In this document: positions 26,743 through 37,218 of the stretch, one piece after another
Layout of the letters: each line of letters opens with the position of its first letter
Position numbering within the stretch: the first letter of the stretch is position 1
Assembly: GCA_947626875.1 (NCBI GenBank)
Contig: CANQTV010000001.1
Span: 34,924-98,923, forward strand
DNA length: 64,000 nt
Reading direction: 5' to 3'
Source of the DNA: an uncultured Clostridia bacterium
Lineage (GTDB): Bacteria; Bacillota; Clostridia; TANB77; CAG-508
The notes under the pieces: generated by a model
The model's input: the letters and a program-made list of their open reading frames with translations, nothing else
Told to the model about the DNA's origin: nothing
The model's database searches: none
Translations under genes and position numbers: made by a program

Positions 26743-29133
26743 ATGACATACAATCATTTGGAAATTGAAAAAAAATGGCAAGAGTATTGGGATAAAAATA
26801 GGACATTTTACACAGACGTATGGGATTTTTCTAAGCCAAAATATTATGTTTTAGACATGTTTCCATATCCTTCTGGACAAGGCTTACATGTTGGCCATCC
26901 CGAGGGGTATACAGCAACAGATATTATGTCTCGAATGAAGAGAATGCAAGGTTATAATGTATTACATCCTATGGGTTGGGATGCTTTTGGACTTCCTGCT
27001 GAACAATATGCAATTAAGACTGGCAATCATCCTGCTGGTTTTACACTTGCTAATATTGAAACATTTAAGAAACAATTAAAAATGCTTGGATTATCTTTTG
27101 ACTGGGATAAAGAAGTTTCTACTTGTGATCCTTCTTTTTATCAATGGACTCAATGGATTTTTAAGCAATTGTTTGAAGATGGCTTGGCAAAATTAATTGA
27201 GATGCCTGTAAATTGGTGTGAAGGATTAGGTTGTGTTCTTTCTAATGATGAAGTTATTGATGGTAAAAGTGAAAGAGGAGGATTCCCTGTTGTTCGTAAA
27301 AATATGAAGCAATGGGTTTTAGATATTCCAAAATATGCAGACTCTTTAATTGATGGATTAGATGATATTGACTGGCCTGATTCTACAAAAGAAATTCAAA
27401 AAAATTGGATTGGACGTTCTGAAGGTGCAGAAGTTATTTTTCAAATTGATGGTTTTTCTGATTTGACTTTTACTGTTTTCACAACAAGACCTGATACATT
27501 GTTTGGTGCTACTTACTGTGTTTTTGCTCCTGAACATCCTTTAGTGAAAAAAGTCATGTCTTCTGAACAGTCAAAAGAAGTAGAAGATTATATTGCTTTA
27601 AGTGCTTCTAAATCTGATTTGGAAAGAACAGAATTAAATAAAGATAAAACTGGCGTATTTACAGGCGCTTATGCAATTAATCCTGTTAATGGCAAAAAAA
27701 TTCCTATTTGGATTTCTGATTATGTTTTAGCTACTTATGGAACTGGTGCTATTATGGCTGTTCCTGCTCATGATCAAAGAGATTATGAATTTGCTACAAA
27801 ATTTAATTTAGAAATTGTTCCTGTTTTGGAAGGTGGAGATATTTCAAAAGAGGCATTTGTTGATGATGGTGTTCATATCAATTCTGAATTTTTGAATGGT
27901 TTGAATAAGCGAGATGCTATTTCTAAAATGCTTGATTGGCTTGAAGAAAATGGAGTTGGTAGTAAGAAAGTTAATTATAAATTGCGTGAATGGATTTTTG
28001 CAAGACAACGTTATTGGGGTGAGCCTATCCCAATTGTGTTTGTTGATGATGAGATGAAGGCTTTGCCAGATAGTGAATTACCTTTGATTTTACCAGAGCT
28101 TGCTGATTATAGTCCTTCTAAAACTGGTAGTTCACCACTAGATAATGCTACTGATTGGGTTAATACTACTTTTGATGGAAAACCTGCTAAAAGGGAAACA
28201 AGTACAATGCCTGGTTCTGCTGGTTCTAGTTGGTATTTCTTACGTTATATTGATCCACATAATAAAGACGAATTTGCAAATATGGAATTGTTAAAGCATT
28301 GGATGCCTGTTGATTTATATGTTGGTGGTCCTGAACATGCTGTTGGACATTTATTGTATTCTCGTTTTTGGAATCAATATTTGTATAACAAAGGACTTGT
28401 TCCTGTAAAAGAACCATTTTCTGTACTTCGTCATCAGGGTATGATTTTAGGTCCAAATGGCGAAAAAATGAGTAAATCAAAAGGAAATGTTATCAATCCT
28501 GATGATATGGTTTGTGAGTATGGGGCTGATAGTTTAAGGGTTTATGAAATGTTTATGGGTCCTATTGAAAGTGCTAAGCCATGGGATCCAAATGGAATTG
28601 ATGGTTCTCGTAAATTCTTGGATCGTGTTTGGAGATTATATACAGAATCTAATAAAATTAAAGATGAAAAAAATATTAATTTAGAGAAAGCTTATCATTA
28701 TACAGTTAAAAAGGTAACAAATGATTATGAAACTATGAATTTTAATACAGCAGTTTCTCAAATGATGATTTTTGTTAATACTGTGCAAAAGGAAAATGTT
28801 TTTCCTAGAGAATATGCTGAGGGATTCTTGAAATTGCTAAATCCTGTTGCTCCTCATATAACTGAAGAATTGTGGTCTATTTTAGGACATAATAATACAA
28901 TTGCTTATGAGAGTTGGCCTGTCTATGATGAATCAAAAACTATTTCTAATGAAATTACTTTGCCAATTCAATTTAATGGTAAATTGAAAGCAACTATTAC
29001 TATTGAAAAAGATTTGGATGAGGCTTTGATAAAAAATATGGTTCATAATGCTATTTCAAATAAGTTGGATGGTAAAGAGATTGTGAAAGAAATTTATGTA
29101 AAAAATAAAATATATAATATTGTTGTAAAATAA
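26743..29133 (+). CDS. leuS: Leucine--tRNA ligase
   Basis: Motifs HVGHPEGY and [18 protein letters not shown] 7 nt before the ATG at 26743. The ORF-track start at 26737 is a TTG. Confidence 0.95.
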   Translation: MTYNHLEIEKKWQEYWDKNRTFYTDVWDFSKPKYYVLDMFPYPSGQGLHVGHPEGYTATDIMSRMKRMQGYNVLHPMGWDAFGLPAEQYAIKTGNHPAGFTLANIETFKKQLKMLGLSFDWDKEVSTCDPSFYQWTQWIFKQLFEDGLAKLIEMPVNWCEGLGCVLSNDEVIDGKSERGGFPVVRKNMKQWVLDIPKYADSLIDGLDDIDWPDSTKEIQKNWIGRSEGAEVIFQIDGFSDLTFTVFTTRPDTLFGATYCVFAPEHPLVKKVMSSEQSKEVEDYIALSASKSDLERTELNKDKTGVFTGAYAINPVNGKKIPIWISDYVLATYGTGAIMAVPAHDQRDYEFATKFNLEIVPVLEGGDISKEAFVDDGVHINSEFLNGLNKRDAISKMLDWLEENGVGSKKVNYKLREWIFARQRYWGEPIPIVFVDDEMKALPDSELPLILPELADYSPSKTGSSPLDNATDWVNTTFDGKPAKRETSTMPGSAGSSWYFLRYIDPHNKDEFANMELLKHWMPVDLYVGGPEHAVGHLLYSRFWNQYLYNKGLVPVKEPFSVLRHQGMILGPNGEKMSKSKGNVINPDDMVCEYGADSLRVYEMFMGPIESAKPWDPNGIDGSRKFLDRVWRLYTESNKIKDEKNINLEKAYHYTVKKVTNDYETMNFNTAVSQMMIFVNTVQKENVFPREYAEGFLKLLNPVAPHITEELWSILGHNNTIAYESWPVYDESKTISNEITLPIQFNGKLKATITIEKDLDEALIKNMVHNAISNKLDGKEIVKEIYVKNKIYNIVVK

Positions 29134-29151
29134 TATGTTTGTAAAATTGAT

Positions 29152-29185
29152 ATAGCCTATTGTTTGTTCAATAGGCTATTCTTTT
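29152..29185. terminator. Bidirectional terminator between leuS and the convergent coiled-coil gene
   Basis: Hairpin ATAGCCTATTG/CAATAGGCTAT followed by TCTTTT. Confidence 0.65.
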
Positions 29186-29633
29186 ACCCTTGAACTTTTG
29201 ATTGTAAGATATAAATTTCGTCAGAATGCATGTCTAAAATCTTCTCATGTTTTTCTAAATTTTTTTGTTGAGAATCAAATTTTTCTTCGTGTGTTTGATA
29301 GGCATCAAATAAGCCTCCTATTTTTTCTGAATATGAAACTTCCATTTTCATGACTGTTCCATCGATACGATCTACTTTGTTTTCTAGTATTTGCATTCTT
29401 TGCTCTAGTATTTGTATTCTTTGTTTTAACATTTCTACTTCTTGTTCTAAAGCTTTCATTTCTTGTTTTAACATTTCTACTTCTTGTTCTAAAGCTTTCA
29501 TTTCTTGCTTTAAAATTTCTACATCTTGTTGCAAAACTTTTATTTCTTTATGCAAAGTTTTATGCCCTTCTACTAAATAAACAATATTATTTTGCATTTC
29601 TAACAAAATTGTATCTCTTTCTTCTTGTGTCAT
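29184..29633 (-). CDS. Coiled-coil protein with tandem heptad-type repeats
   Basis: GGAGGTGA RBS before the ATG at 29631-29633. The protein contains LKQEMKALEQEVEM twice, plus related units. Confidence 0.55.
   Translation of the reverse strand: MTQEERDTILLEMQNNIVYLVEGHKTLHKEIKVLQQDVEILKQEMKALEQEVEMLKQEMKALEQEVEMLKQRIQILEQRMQILENKVDRIDGTVMKMEVSYSEKIGGLFDAYQTHEEKFDSQQKNLEKHEKILDMHSDEIYILQSKVQG
29421..29546. repeat. 42-bp tandem repeat (two identical units plus one diverged) inside the coiled-coil gene
   Basis: TTGTTTTAACATTTCTACTTCTTGTTCTAAAGCTTTCATTTC occurs at 29421-29462 and 29463-29504, with a diverged third unit following. Confidence 0.85.
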
Positions 29634-29809
29634 TTTATCACCTCCTTTGTCCAATTATTATATTCTGAAAAATGATTATTGTCAATAAAAAATTTTCGAC
29701 AAAAAACGACATGTAATATAATTGTAATAAACTTTTAATATATTTGAAATATATTTCTTTATATTTTATTGTATAATATGATTAGAGTATTTTACAAAGG
29801 AGAATTCTT

Positions 29810-30910
29810 ATGAGCATAAAGTCAGATTTAAGAAAGGATGGAATTGAAGTCGTAGACGAAATAGATACTTTGACAATTAATAGTCTTGCTAAAAATGTTG
29901 CGTCTAGAATTTGTGCTACATTTCCAAAATTCGGTTTAGATGAGAGTCAGCTTTTTATTGATTTGTCTCGTTTGAATATGTATATAGCAAAAATGCCTGA
30001 AGGTATGGCTGAAGCAAATTATTTTTACAAAAATAATTCTATATATTTTCATGAGCATATTCCAGAAGAAGATAGAGAAGAATTTGCAATTCACGAATGT
30101 ATTCATCATATTCAAGAAGTAAAGGATAATAAAAATTATTTGGTTCGCATGGGACTTTGTGACTATACTGAGTTCAAAGTATATGGTTTAGCTTTAAACG
30201 AAGCTGCTGTTCAATTAATGGCTTCTAAAATTATTGGCATTGAAAAGGATTTTGTAAAATATTATGGATTAAGTTTTGAGACAACTAGTCCATCTTATTA
30301 TCCATTGGAATGTTGTTTAGTTAATCAATTAGCTTATTTGATTGGAGAAAATATTTTATTTGAAAGTACTTTAAAAAGTTATGATACTTTTAGAAATAAA
30401 TTTGTTGAAATGACTTCACAAAAGAATTTTATTGAAATTGAAAATTCTCTTGATGATATTTTAAAACTTGAAGAATCTGTTATTAAATTAAATAATAAGA
30501 TTTTAAAGATTCAAGATCGTAATAAGAAAGTCGATAATCTAGTTGTCAGAATTGGTAAATTAAAAGATGATATTAAAACTACATTTCTAAAAACTCAAAA
30601 TATGATTATTTCAAGTTTTTTTGACAATATGTTTAACAAAATTTCTAATTTAGAGGAAATAGAAATTTATCGTAAGAAATTATCTAATTTTAAAGATTAT
30701 ATTGCTACTTCTGATGGTTATTCGTTTTTCAATGATTATTATATAGAAAAAATGAATCAGTTAGAGCATAAGTATAATATTTTAGAAAATGGTGGTTCTG
30801 AAACTGCATTAGTTTTTGAAACTAATGAACAAAATAAATTTAAATCACTTTTCAAAAATATTAAAAAATTAGTTTTTGATTTATTTGGAATTCAAGAAAA
30901 AGACTGTTAA
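29810..30910 (+). CDS. Hypothetical protein with HExxH motif (putative metallopeptidase domain) and helical C-terminal half
   Basis: 366 aa with the motif FAIHECIHHIQE near residue 95. AAAGGAGAA RBS. Confidence 0.5.
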   Translation: MSIKSDLRKDGIEVVDEIDTLTINSLAKNVASRICATFPKFGLDESQLFIDLSRLNMYIAKMPEGMAEANYFYKNNSIYFHEHIPEEDREEFAIHECIHHIQEVKDNKNYLVRMGLCDYTEFKVYGLALNEAAVQLMASKIIGIEKDFVKYYGLSFETTSPSYYPLECCLVNQLAYLIGENILFESTLKSYDTFRNKFVEMTSQKNFIEIENSLDDILKLEESVIKLNNKILKIQDRNKKVDNLVVRIGKLKDDIKTTFLKTQNMIISSFFDNMFNKISNLEEIEIYRKKLSNFKDYIATSDGYSFFNDYYIEKMNQLEHKYNILENGGSETALVFETNEQNKFKSLFKNIKKLVFDLFGIQEKDC

Positions 30911-30912
30911 TC

Positions 30913-32184
30913 CTAACAGTCTTTTAGTTTTTCTATTATCTTTTTTGCTGCTTCTCTACCCGATTTTGCAGCCCATGCAACGGTTCCTTTCATTCCTGCT
31001 AAATCTCCTCCTGCATATACTTGACTATCTGATGTTTGGTAATCCTCATTTACAATTATATTTCCCCATTTGTTGTGTTCTAACGGAAGATACAGCGTTT
31101 CTTCAGACACAGTTCCTCCTAATGCCATTATGATATAATCTATATCTATTTGATAATTACTATTTTCTATATTTACAGGTACTTTTCGCGTTTCTCCTTC
31201 TTTTTGTACTAGTTCTGTTTTTATTAGTTCTACTTTTTCAACTTGATTTTCTCCTATGATTTTTACAATGTTATTTTGAAAAAGGAATTGTATACCTTCT
31301 TTTTTAGCTTCTTCGATTTCTTTTCTTTCTGCTGGCATTTGTTCTTCTGCTCTTCTATATATTACTTTTACTTCTTTTGCTCCTTTCCTTTTAATTGTCC
31401 TTGCACAATCCATTGCTACATTTCCTCCACCAATAATTCCAACAATTTTATTGGTATAATCTGGATGTGCATTTTTTTCTAATAGTTCATTACCTCCATA
31501 TACTCCTTTTAAGTTTTCTCCTTCTACTTCCATTTTAGATGATTTGTTTGCTCCTATTGCTAGGAAAATTGCATCATATTGTTGTTTTAAAGTTTCTAAT
31601 TTTATTTCTTTTCCAAGTCTTTTTTCATATTGTACTTCAATTCCTAAATCTAAAATATTTTTAATTGTTTTTTCTACAATTTCTTTTGATAATCTAAAAT
31701 CAGGAATTCCATGTACCAGTATTCCGCCTAAATATGTATATTTTTCATAAATTGTTACTTGTATCCCTTGTTTTGCTAAAAATGATGCACAAGTTAATCC
31801 TGCTGGTCCTCCACCAATAATTGCTACTTTTTTGTTTTTTAATTTTTCTATTGGCTGTTCTTGATAAATTTCTTTTAAAGTTATTCCTTGTTCCATTGCT
31901 TTGTCAAATATATATGCTTCAATATCTCCAATATTTACTGCTTCTCCTTTAATTCCTCTAACACAACTTCCTTGACATTGCTTTTCATGTGGACATATTC
32001 TTCCGCAAATTCCAGGTAGTACACTTGTTTCTGATATTATGCTATATGCTTCTTTTATGTTATTTTCTTTCACTGCCTGAATAAAAGCTGGTATATTATT
32101 TTCTAAAGGACATCCTTTATTTGAACATGGTTTTACTTTACAATTAAGACATTTTTTGGTTTTTTCATATATTTGTTCATTCAT
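30913..32184 (-). CDS. NAD(P)H-dependent FAD/Fe-S oxidoreductase, glutamate synthase small-subunit (GltD)-like
   Basis: N-terminal Cys clusters (CLNCKVKPC, CPHEKQCQGSC) and dinucleotide folds GGGPAGL and GGGNVAMDCA. Confidence 0.75.
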   Translation of the reverse strand: MNEQIYEKTKKCLNCKVKPCSNKGCPLENNIPAFIQAVKENNIKEAYSIISETSVLPGICGRICPHEKQCQGSCVRGIKGEAVNIGDIEAYIFDKAMEQGITLKEIYQEQPIEKLKNKKVAIIGGGPAGLTCASFLAKQGIQVTIYEKYTYLGGILVHGIPDFRLSKEIVEKTIKNILDLGIEVQYEKRLGKEIKLETLKQQYDAIFLAIGANKSSKMEVEGENLKGVYGGNELLEKNAHPDYTNKIVGIIGGGNVAMDCARTIKRKGAKEVKVIYRRAEEQMPAERKEIEEAKKEGIQFLFQNNIVKIIGENQVEKVELIKTELVQKEGETRKVPVNIENSNYQIDIDYIIMALGGTVSEETLYLPLEHNKWGNIIVNEDYQTSDSQVYAGGDLAGMKGTVAWAAKSGREAAKKIIEKLKDC

Positions 32185-32737
32185 TTTTATCTCTCCTCCT
32201 ATTTATAACTTCCATTAAATCTCTAATAAAATCCACCTTCTTATTTTCATCTCTTAATAAAGCTGCTGGATGCCATGTAGGCATGTATTGGATTCCTTTT
32301 TTCTCCATCCATTTTCCTCTTGAAGCAGTAATTCCATATTCTTTTCCTAAAATGTTTTTTAATGCAACACTACCTAATAGCACAATTATTTTTGGTTTTA
32401 CTAAAATAACTTGATTTCTTAGATAATCCATACAAGCATAGCTTTCATCATCTTCTGGATTTCTATTCCCTGGTGGTCTGCATTTTACAATATTTGCAAT
32501 ATATACTTCTTCTCTTTTAATACCTACCATGTCAAATGCCATATTCATGAGTTTTCCTGCTCTTCCTACAAATGGTTCACCTTGTCTATCTTCATCTGCT
32601 CCTGGTCCTTCTCCAATAAACATGATTTCCGCTTCTTTATTACCTACTCCAAAAACAATATTTTGCCTTGTTTTGCATAGCTTACATTTTTGGCAGTTTT
32701 GAATTGATTTTTCCAATTCTTCCCATGTTTGATACAT
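32177..32737 (-). CDS. udg: Uracil-DNA glycosylase, family 4
   Basis: Motif [23 protein letters not shown] and N-terminal Cys residues for an Fe-S cluster. Confidence 0.85.
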   Translation of the reverse strand: MYQTWEELEKSIQNCQKCKLCKTRQNIVFGVGNKEAEIMFIGEGPGADEDRQGEPFVGRAGKLMNMAFDMVGIKREEVYIANIVKCRPPGNRNPEDDESYACMDYLRNQVILVKPKIIVLLGSVALKNILGKEYGITASRGKWMEKKGIQYMPTWHPAALLRDENKKVDFIRDLMEVINRRRDKNE

Positions 32738-32750
32738 TTTTATAATCTCC

Positions 32751-33545
32751 TTATTTTAATGTAATGATTGCTGTTTCTAATCCAAATCCTTCTTTTTCTG
32801 CTCGACATGAATGTAATGTATCTGAGTTGCATACTGTACAAATTTTACTATCTATAATATTTTCTTCTTTTATTCCTTCTTTTTGTAATAATATTTTATT
32901 TAACTGCACTGTATCAATATCCCATTTTCCTTCTGTGTTTTGCTTTTTTTCTATAATTGTATCTATATCTATTATGTCTTTGTATTTTTCTTCAAACAAG
33001 TCTTTTACATCTTTTTGTACTTCAAAATGGCATTTCCTAATACTTGGACACATACAACATATTAAATTTTCTGGTTTTACATTACATTCTTCTTGCATTT
33101 TTCGAACTGCTTTTACTCCAATTTCTTGGTATGTTCCTCTCCATCCAGAATGTACATTTGCAATCGTTTTGGTGACAGGATCAAAGAATAGTATTAAAAT
33201 GCAGTCTGCACTTGTAGTTGCTAAAATTATATCTTCTTTTTGTGTAATAAGCCCATCTGTATTTGGATACTTTTGTGTGTTTTCTTGGACAATTCCTATT
33301 TGATCTTTATGTACTTGTCTTGGTTTTATTATGTTAGCTTTATCTAGATTTAAACTTGTACATAAGTTTTCGTAATATTTCATTGCTTTTGGGTAATTCA
33401 CTTCCCTTATTGTATTAAAATTTACTTCTTTTCCTATAGAAAAAGCATGTGTAATAATGTCTTTATATTCTAGTAATTTTCTAAACTGTAAAAATTCTGC
33501 ATTTTCTGTTTTTATATGTACTACATTTTCATTTGATAAATCCAT
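32751..33545 (-). CDS. pgeF: YfiH/PgeF-family (laccase-domain) purine nucleoside phosphorylase / peptidoglycan editing factor
   Basis: Motif NVHSGWRGT and C-terminal Cys/His ligands. GGAGGAGAG RBS before the ATG at 33543-33545. Confidence 0.8.
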   Translation of the reverse strand: MDLSNENVVHIKTENAEFLQFRKLLEYKDIITHAFSIGKEVNFNTIREVNYPKAMKYYENLCTSLNLDKANIIKPRQVHKDQIGIVQENTQKYPNTDGLITQKEDIILATTSADCILILFFDPVTKTIANVHSGWRGTYQEIGVKAVRKMQEECNVKPENLICCMCPSIRKCHFEVQKDVKDLFEEKYKDIIDIDTIIEKKQNTEGKWDIDTVQLNKILLQKEGIKEENIIDSKICTVCNSDTLHSCRAEKEGFGLETAIITLK

Positions 33546-33578
33546 ATTTATCTCTCTCCTCCCCAAAGCATTAACTTA

Positions 33579-33706
33579 GTTGGAAAAGAATTAAATTGCT
33601 GATGCTGTTAAGCTTTAGCTGTTACAGCATCAGTATGCAGTTGACTTTTGTCAACTGTATTCCTTAATTTTAGTTGACGTAGTCAAAATTGTAATTCTTT
33701 TTCAAC
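33579..33706. repeat. MITE-like element with terminal inverted repeats, copy B
   Basis: Arms GTTGGAAAAGAATTAAATT ... GTCAAAATTGTAATTCTTTTTCAAC. Internal hairpins CTGATGCTGT/ACAGCATCAG and CAGTTGAC/GTCAACTG. The right arm encodes the last residues and the stop of addB. Confidence 0.75.
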
Positions 33707-36700
33707 TTTTTCAATAACCTCATCTTTTGCTAAGTTTCCAATATATTGATATTGGTTTGTATTATTTTTAGAGTCGAATCCACATATAGAATGGTATTCA
33801 CAATATTTACATGGTGTTTTTCCTTTATGATTATATGGTTTTAAATCAATTTTACCTTGCAAAATTTCTTTTCCTATTTGTTTGATAATATTTCCAATAT
33901 ACTTTTGTAAAATTTCAAATTCCTCTTTACTTACTCCGTTTGTATCTCTTTTGTTAATTGCACCTGATGTTGTAATTCCTGCTGGAATGATTTTTGAAGT
34001 TCCACTTTGTAAATTTTTATCTTGCATTTTAATTACTTTGACATCTGCTAAAATAAGCCCTTTCATTTTAAAGTGTTTTCTAATTTCTTCTTCAATTTCT
34101 TCTTCTGTTATTTTCTTTTTGGCAGATATCATTTGTTCCAATAGTCCAAAATATAATATTCCTGCTGGTAATAAATCTTTTTCTTGACAAATAGCATCTA
34201 GATAAGTTAATAATTGAATTTGCAATCCTGCATATACTTCGTTTAGGTCTACATTTTTTGCTGAAGATTTATAATCTATAATTCTTAAATAATTTCCTTC
34301 TGGTGTTTTTGCTATATCTACTCTATCAATTTTCCCTGTGATTTCTATTTTCTTTCCTTCTTCTAATTCTAATGTAATTGGTTGATATTCTTTGCCTTTT
34401 CCAAATTCAATTTCTGTTCCTTCTATGTTAAAGTCACTATACACAAGGCTTTCAATAATATATTTTAAAGCTTTTGTAATCATTCTTTCTAATCTTTGTA
34501 CTAAGATTTTGTATTTGACAGTTGCTGTAAATTTATATTTTCCATAATTTAGTTTTGTTTCTATAATATCTTTTACTATTTTTTCAAGTGTTTGTTCTTC
34601 TACTAATAGGGTTGGAAGTTCTATATTCTCTTCTTTTACTTGTTCAAAAAATAAATCTATTACTTCATGCATGAATGAACCTGTGTCAAAACTTTGTATT
34701 TTTAGTTCTTCTTTTTGTTTCAAATTTAATCCATATTGTAAAAAATATGAAAATGGGCAGCTCCTGTATTTTTCTAGCCTTGATATACTTGTTTTTAGTG
34801 TGTTTCCATATAATTTAGTAATTGTTTCTTTTTGAATTGCTTTTGGAATATTTGTATAATTGATAGCTTGTATGTCTTTTTTTAGTTTGTTTTTCCATTC
34901 CTTTTTGTTTTTAAAGTAATAATATACTTCTTTCCATGTTGTTTCTAAATCTCCGGTTTCTTGTACTTTTGCTAGTTTTTCTATTAATGTCTCATATGTT
35001 GCTTTTTCATTTGTAATTTCATATGTTTGTTCAATTATATCACTTTCTTCTTTTAATTTTGGGAATATTTTCTTAATTTTAGAGATATAAATAGATGGTC
35101 TTAATGCTGTTCCATCTGTATTTGATGAACTATATGATAAATAGATTTCTTTTTCAGCTGTTGTAAACGCCTTATATATATTGAAGTTGTCATCATATAA
35201 ATTTTCTAGTGTTCCCTTTGCTAATTCAATCCCCTGTTCTTTTAGTTCATTTCTTTCTTCATCTCCTAAAAATCCTTCGGCTTTATTGATACTTGGGTAA
35301 ATTCCATCATTTAATCCTATGATAAATACTATTTGTACTTTGTGACTTCTTGACCTATCAACATCTCCCATAATTACCTGATCTTGTGTGCCTGGTATTT
35401 TTCCAAGACTACTTGCTTTTAGCCCTTGTCTTAGCAAGTTTTGATATTGTTCAATTGTCATTTTGTCTTTACCAAATATTGCTACAATTTCATCTAATAA
35501 ATGTATAATAATTTCATAGCTTTCTTTGTATTCTTGTGCTAATTCTATTTTTCCTTCTTCTATTAACTTTTCAATTTTTTTGCTTACTTTTTCTTCTATT
35601 TCCTGTTGTTGTAAAAAGTTATATAATGCTATTGTAATTCCTTTTACTGTTTTTTCTCTTTTCATATTTTGTTTTAATGTCTCTAATGGATCTATTATTT
35701 GTTTTCTTAGTTGATTTAGATATAGTATTTCTTCTTTATTGTTTTCCATTTCGTATGTAAAATCATATTTGAATTTGTTTTGTTTGATTCCCCACTTTGT
35801 GCAATAATTTTCAAATTTAAAGCTGTCCTCTTTTTCAATTGGTATAAATCCCATTTTTATGTATTGAAATACTGTTTCTTTACTGTAATTTTTGCGCAAA
35901 ATATCTAATATTGTTAATACATATTGAATGATGATATTTTGACTTAATTCTCGTTTTTCGTCAATAAATATTGGTATATCATATTTTTCAAATATTACTT
36001 TTGCTAGATTTCCATAATTTTGTATGTTTTTGGTTATTATTGCAATATCACGATATCTTAATCCATTTTCTTTTACTATTTTAGCGATTGTTTTGGCTAT
36101 GTTTTCTATTTCAGTATATTGATTTTTTGCTAAAAATATGTGGACATTTTCCACAGTTTGTTCCCACTTTGTGAGTTTTGTTCCTAGAATTTGTGTTTCA
36201 ATTTGCTTTAATTCTTCTGTTTTGAAACGTAATGATTTTTTTAAATAAATAGTTGGCTCCATTTGTAAATCATTTTGCTTTACTATTTGCATCAATTTTT
36301 GTATAGTAATTTTGTTTTGATAAAATACATCTGTATCTGGATTTTGTGTGTTTTGTAATTCATCTGCTGTAATTGTGATATTTACTTGCTCACAATGTTT
36401 TATTAGTTCTTTAATTACTTCATATTCTGGTACTGTAAATCCTGCAAATTCATCTATATATATTATACTGTTTTTTAACCATTCTATCTTTTCTATATTT
36501 TGAGCTAAAATTGTTAGTTCATCTGCTTCATCTATATATGTTTCACTTATTTTTTCATTATATTGTTCATATATTGTACAAATATCTTGTAATTTTGTTT
36601 TTAAATATGGGTTTTTTGTTTTTTCAATTTGTTCTTTTAAGATTTGAATTGTAATTCCATGTTTTTTAAATTCTGTAATACATGATATAGCTAATTCTAT

Positions 36701-37036
36701 GTTCTCTTCTGATTTTGATAAATATGTTAGTTTTCCTTTCATTTGAGTTAATATATGGCTAATAAGCATTGCTTTTCCACTTTTTGTTATTGGTTTATTT
36801 GTAATTCCTATTTCTGATATAACTCTTTTTGCCATTCTGCTTAAATGTAATACTTCTGCCTGTATAATTGCTTTTGTTTCAATTGTTTCCATTAGTTTTT
36901 TTTCTGCGGTATAGGAAAATTGTTCTGGTGTGATTAAATATATTTTTTTACCTTTTTGCATATTTGTTTTTATTTGTTGATAACAATATTCACTTTTTCC
37001 ACTTCCTGATTTGCCATATATAATCCTTAGCCCCAT
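33683..37036 (-). CDS. addB: Helicase-nuclease AddAB, subunit B
   Basis: 1117 aa with N-terminal Walker A GKSGSGKS and a C-terminal RecB-type nuclease carrying the Fe-S cysteines (CPFSYF ... CKYCEYHSIC). Confidence 0.9.
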   Translation of the reverse strand: MGLRIIYGKSGSGKSEYCYQQIKTNMQKGKKIYLITPEQFSYTAEKKLMETIETKAIIQAEVLHLSRMAKRVISEIGITNKPITKSGKAMLISHILTQMKGKLTYLSKSEENIELAISCITEFKKHGITIQILKEQIEKTKNPYLKTKLQDICTIYEQYNEKISETYIDEADELTILAQNIEKIEWLKNSIIYIDEFAGFTVPEYEVIKELIKHCEQVNITITADELQNTQNPDTDVFYQNKITIQKLMQIVKQNDLQMEPTIYLKKSLRFKTEELKQIETQILGTKLTKWEQTVENVHIFLAKNQYTEIENIAKTIAKIVKENGLRYRDIAIITKNIQNYGNLAKVIFEKYDIPIFIDEKRELSQNIIIQYVLTILDILRKNYSKETVFQYIKMGFIPIEKEDSFKFENYCTKWGIKQNKFKYDFTYEMENNKEEILYLNQLRKQIIDPLETLKQNMKREKTVKGITIALYNFLQQQEIEEKVSKKIEKLIEEGKIELAQEYKESYEIIIHLLDEIVAIFGKDKMTIEQYQNLLRQGLKASSLGKIPGTQDQVIMGDVDRSRSHKVQIVFIIGLNDGIYPSINKAEGFLGDEERNELKEQGIELAKGTLENLYDDNFNIYKAFTTAEKEIYLSYSSSNTDGTALRPSIYISKIKKIFPKLKEESDIIEQTYEITNEKATYETLIEKLAKVQETGDLETTWKEVYYYFKNKKEWKNKLKKDIQAINYTNIPKAIQKETITKLYGNTLKTSISRLEKYRSCPFSYFLQYGLNLKQKEELKIQSFDTGSFMHEVIDLFFEQVKEENIELPTLLVEEQTLEKIVKDIIETKLNYGKYKFTATVKYKILVQRLERMITKALKYIIESLVYSDFNIEGTEIEFGKGKEYQPITLELEEGKKIEITGKIDRVDIAKTPEGNYLRIIDYKSSAKNVDLNEVYAGLQIQLLTYLDAICQEKDLLPAGILYFGLLEQMISAKKKITEEEIEEEIRKHFKMKGLILADVKVIKMQDKNLQSGTSKIIPAGITTSGAINKRDTNGVSKEEFEILQKYIGNIIKQIGKEILQGKIDLKPYNHKGKTPCKYCEYHSICGFDSKNNTNQYQYIGNLAKDEVIEKVEKELQF

Positions 37037-37050
37037 TATTTATCTCCTTT

Positions 37051-37218
37051 CTAACCGGGAATTGGGGACCGGGAATTGGGGACGCCCTTTTTTTCCCTAT
37101 CCAATTATTCCCTCTTTGATTATAAATTAAATTTATTTATTTTCCTTATCCAAAGAGGGAATAATTGGATAGGGAAAAAAAGGGCGTCCCCAATTCCCGG
37201 TCCCCAATTCCCGGTTAG
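37051..37218. repeat. GC-rich long palindromic intergenic element, copy 2
   Basis: Perfect 68-nt arms (37051-37118 and 37151-37218) starting CTAACCGGGAATTGGGGACCGGGAATTGGGGACGCCCTTTTTTTCCCTAT, with a 32-nt AT loop. The right end overlaps the ogg stop codon. The left end lies 14 nt from the addB start. Confidence 0.9.
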
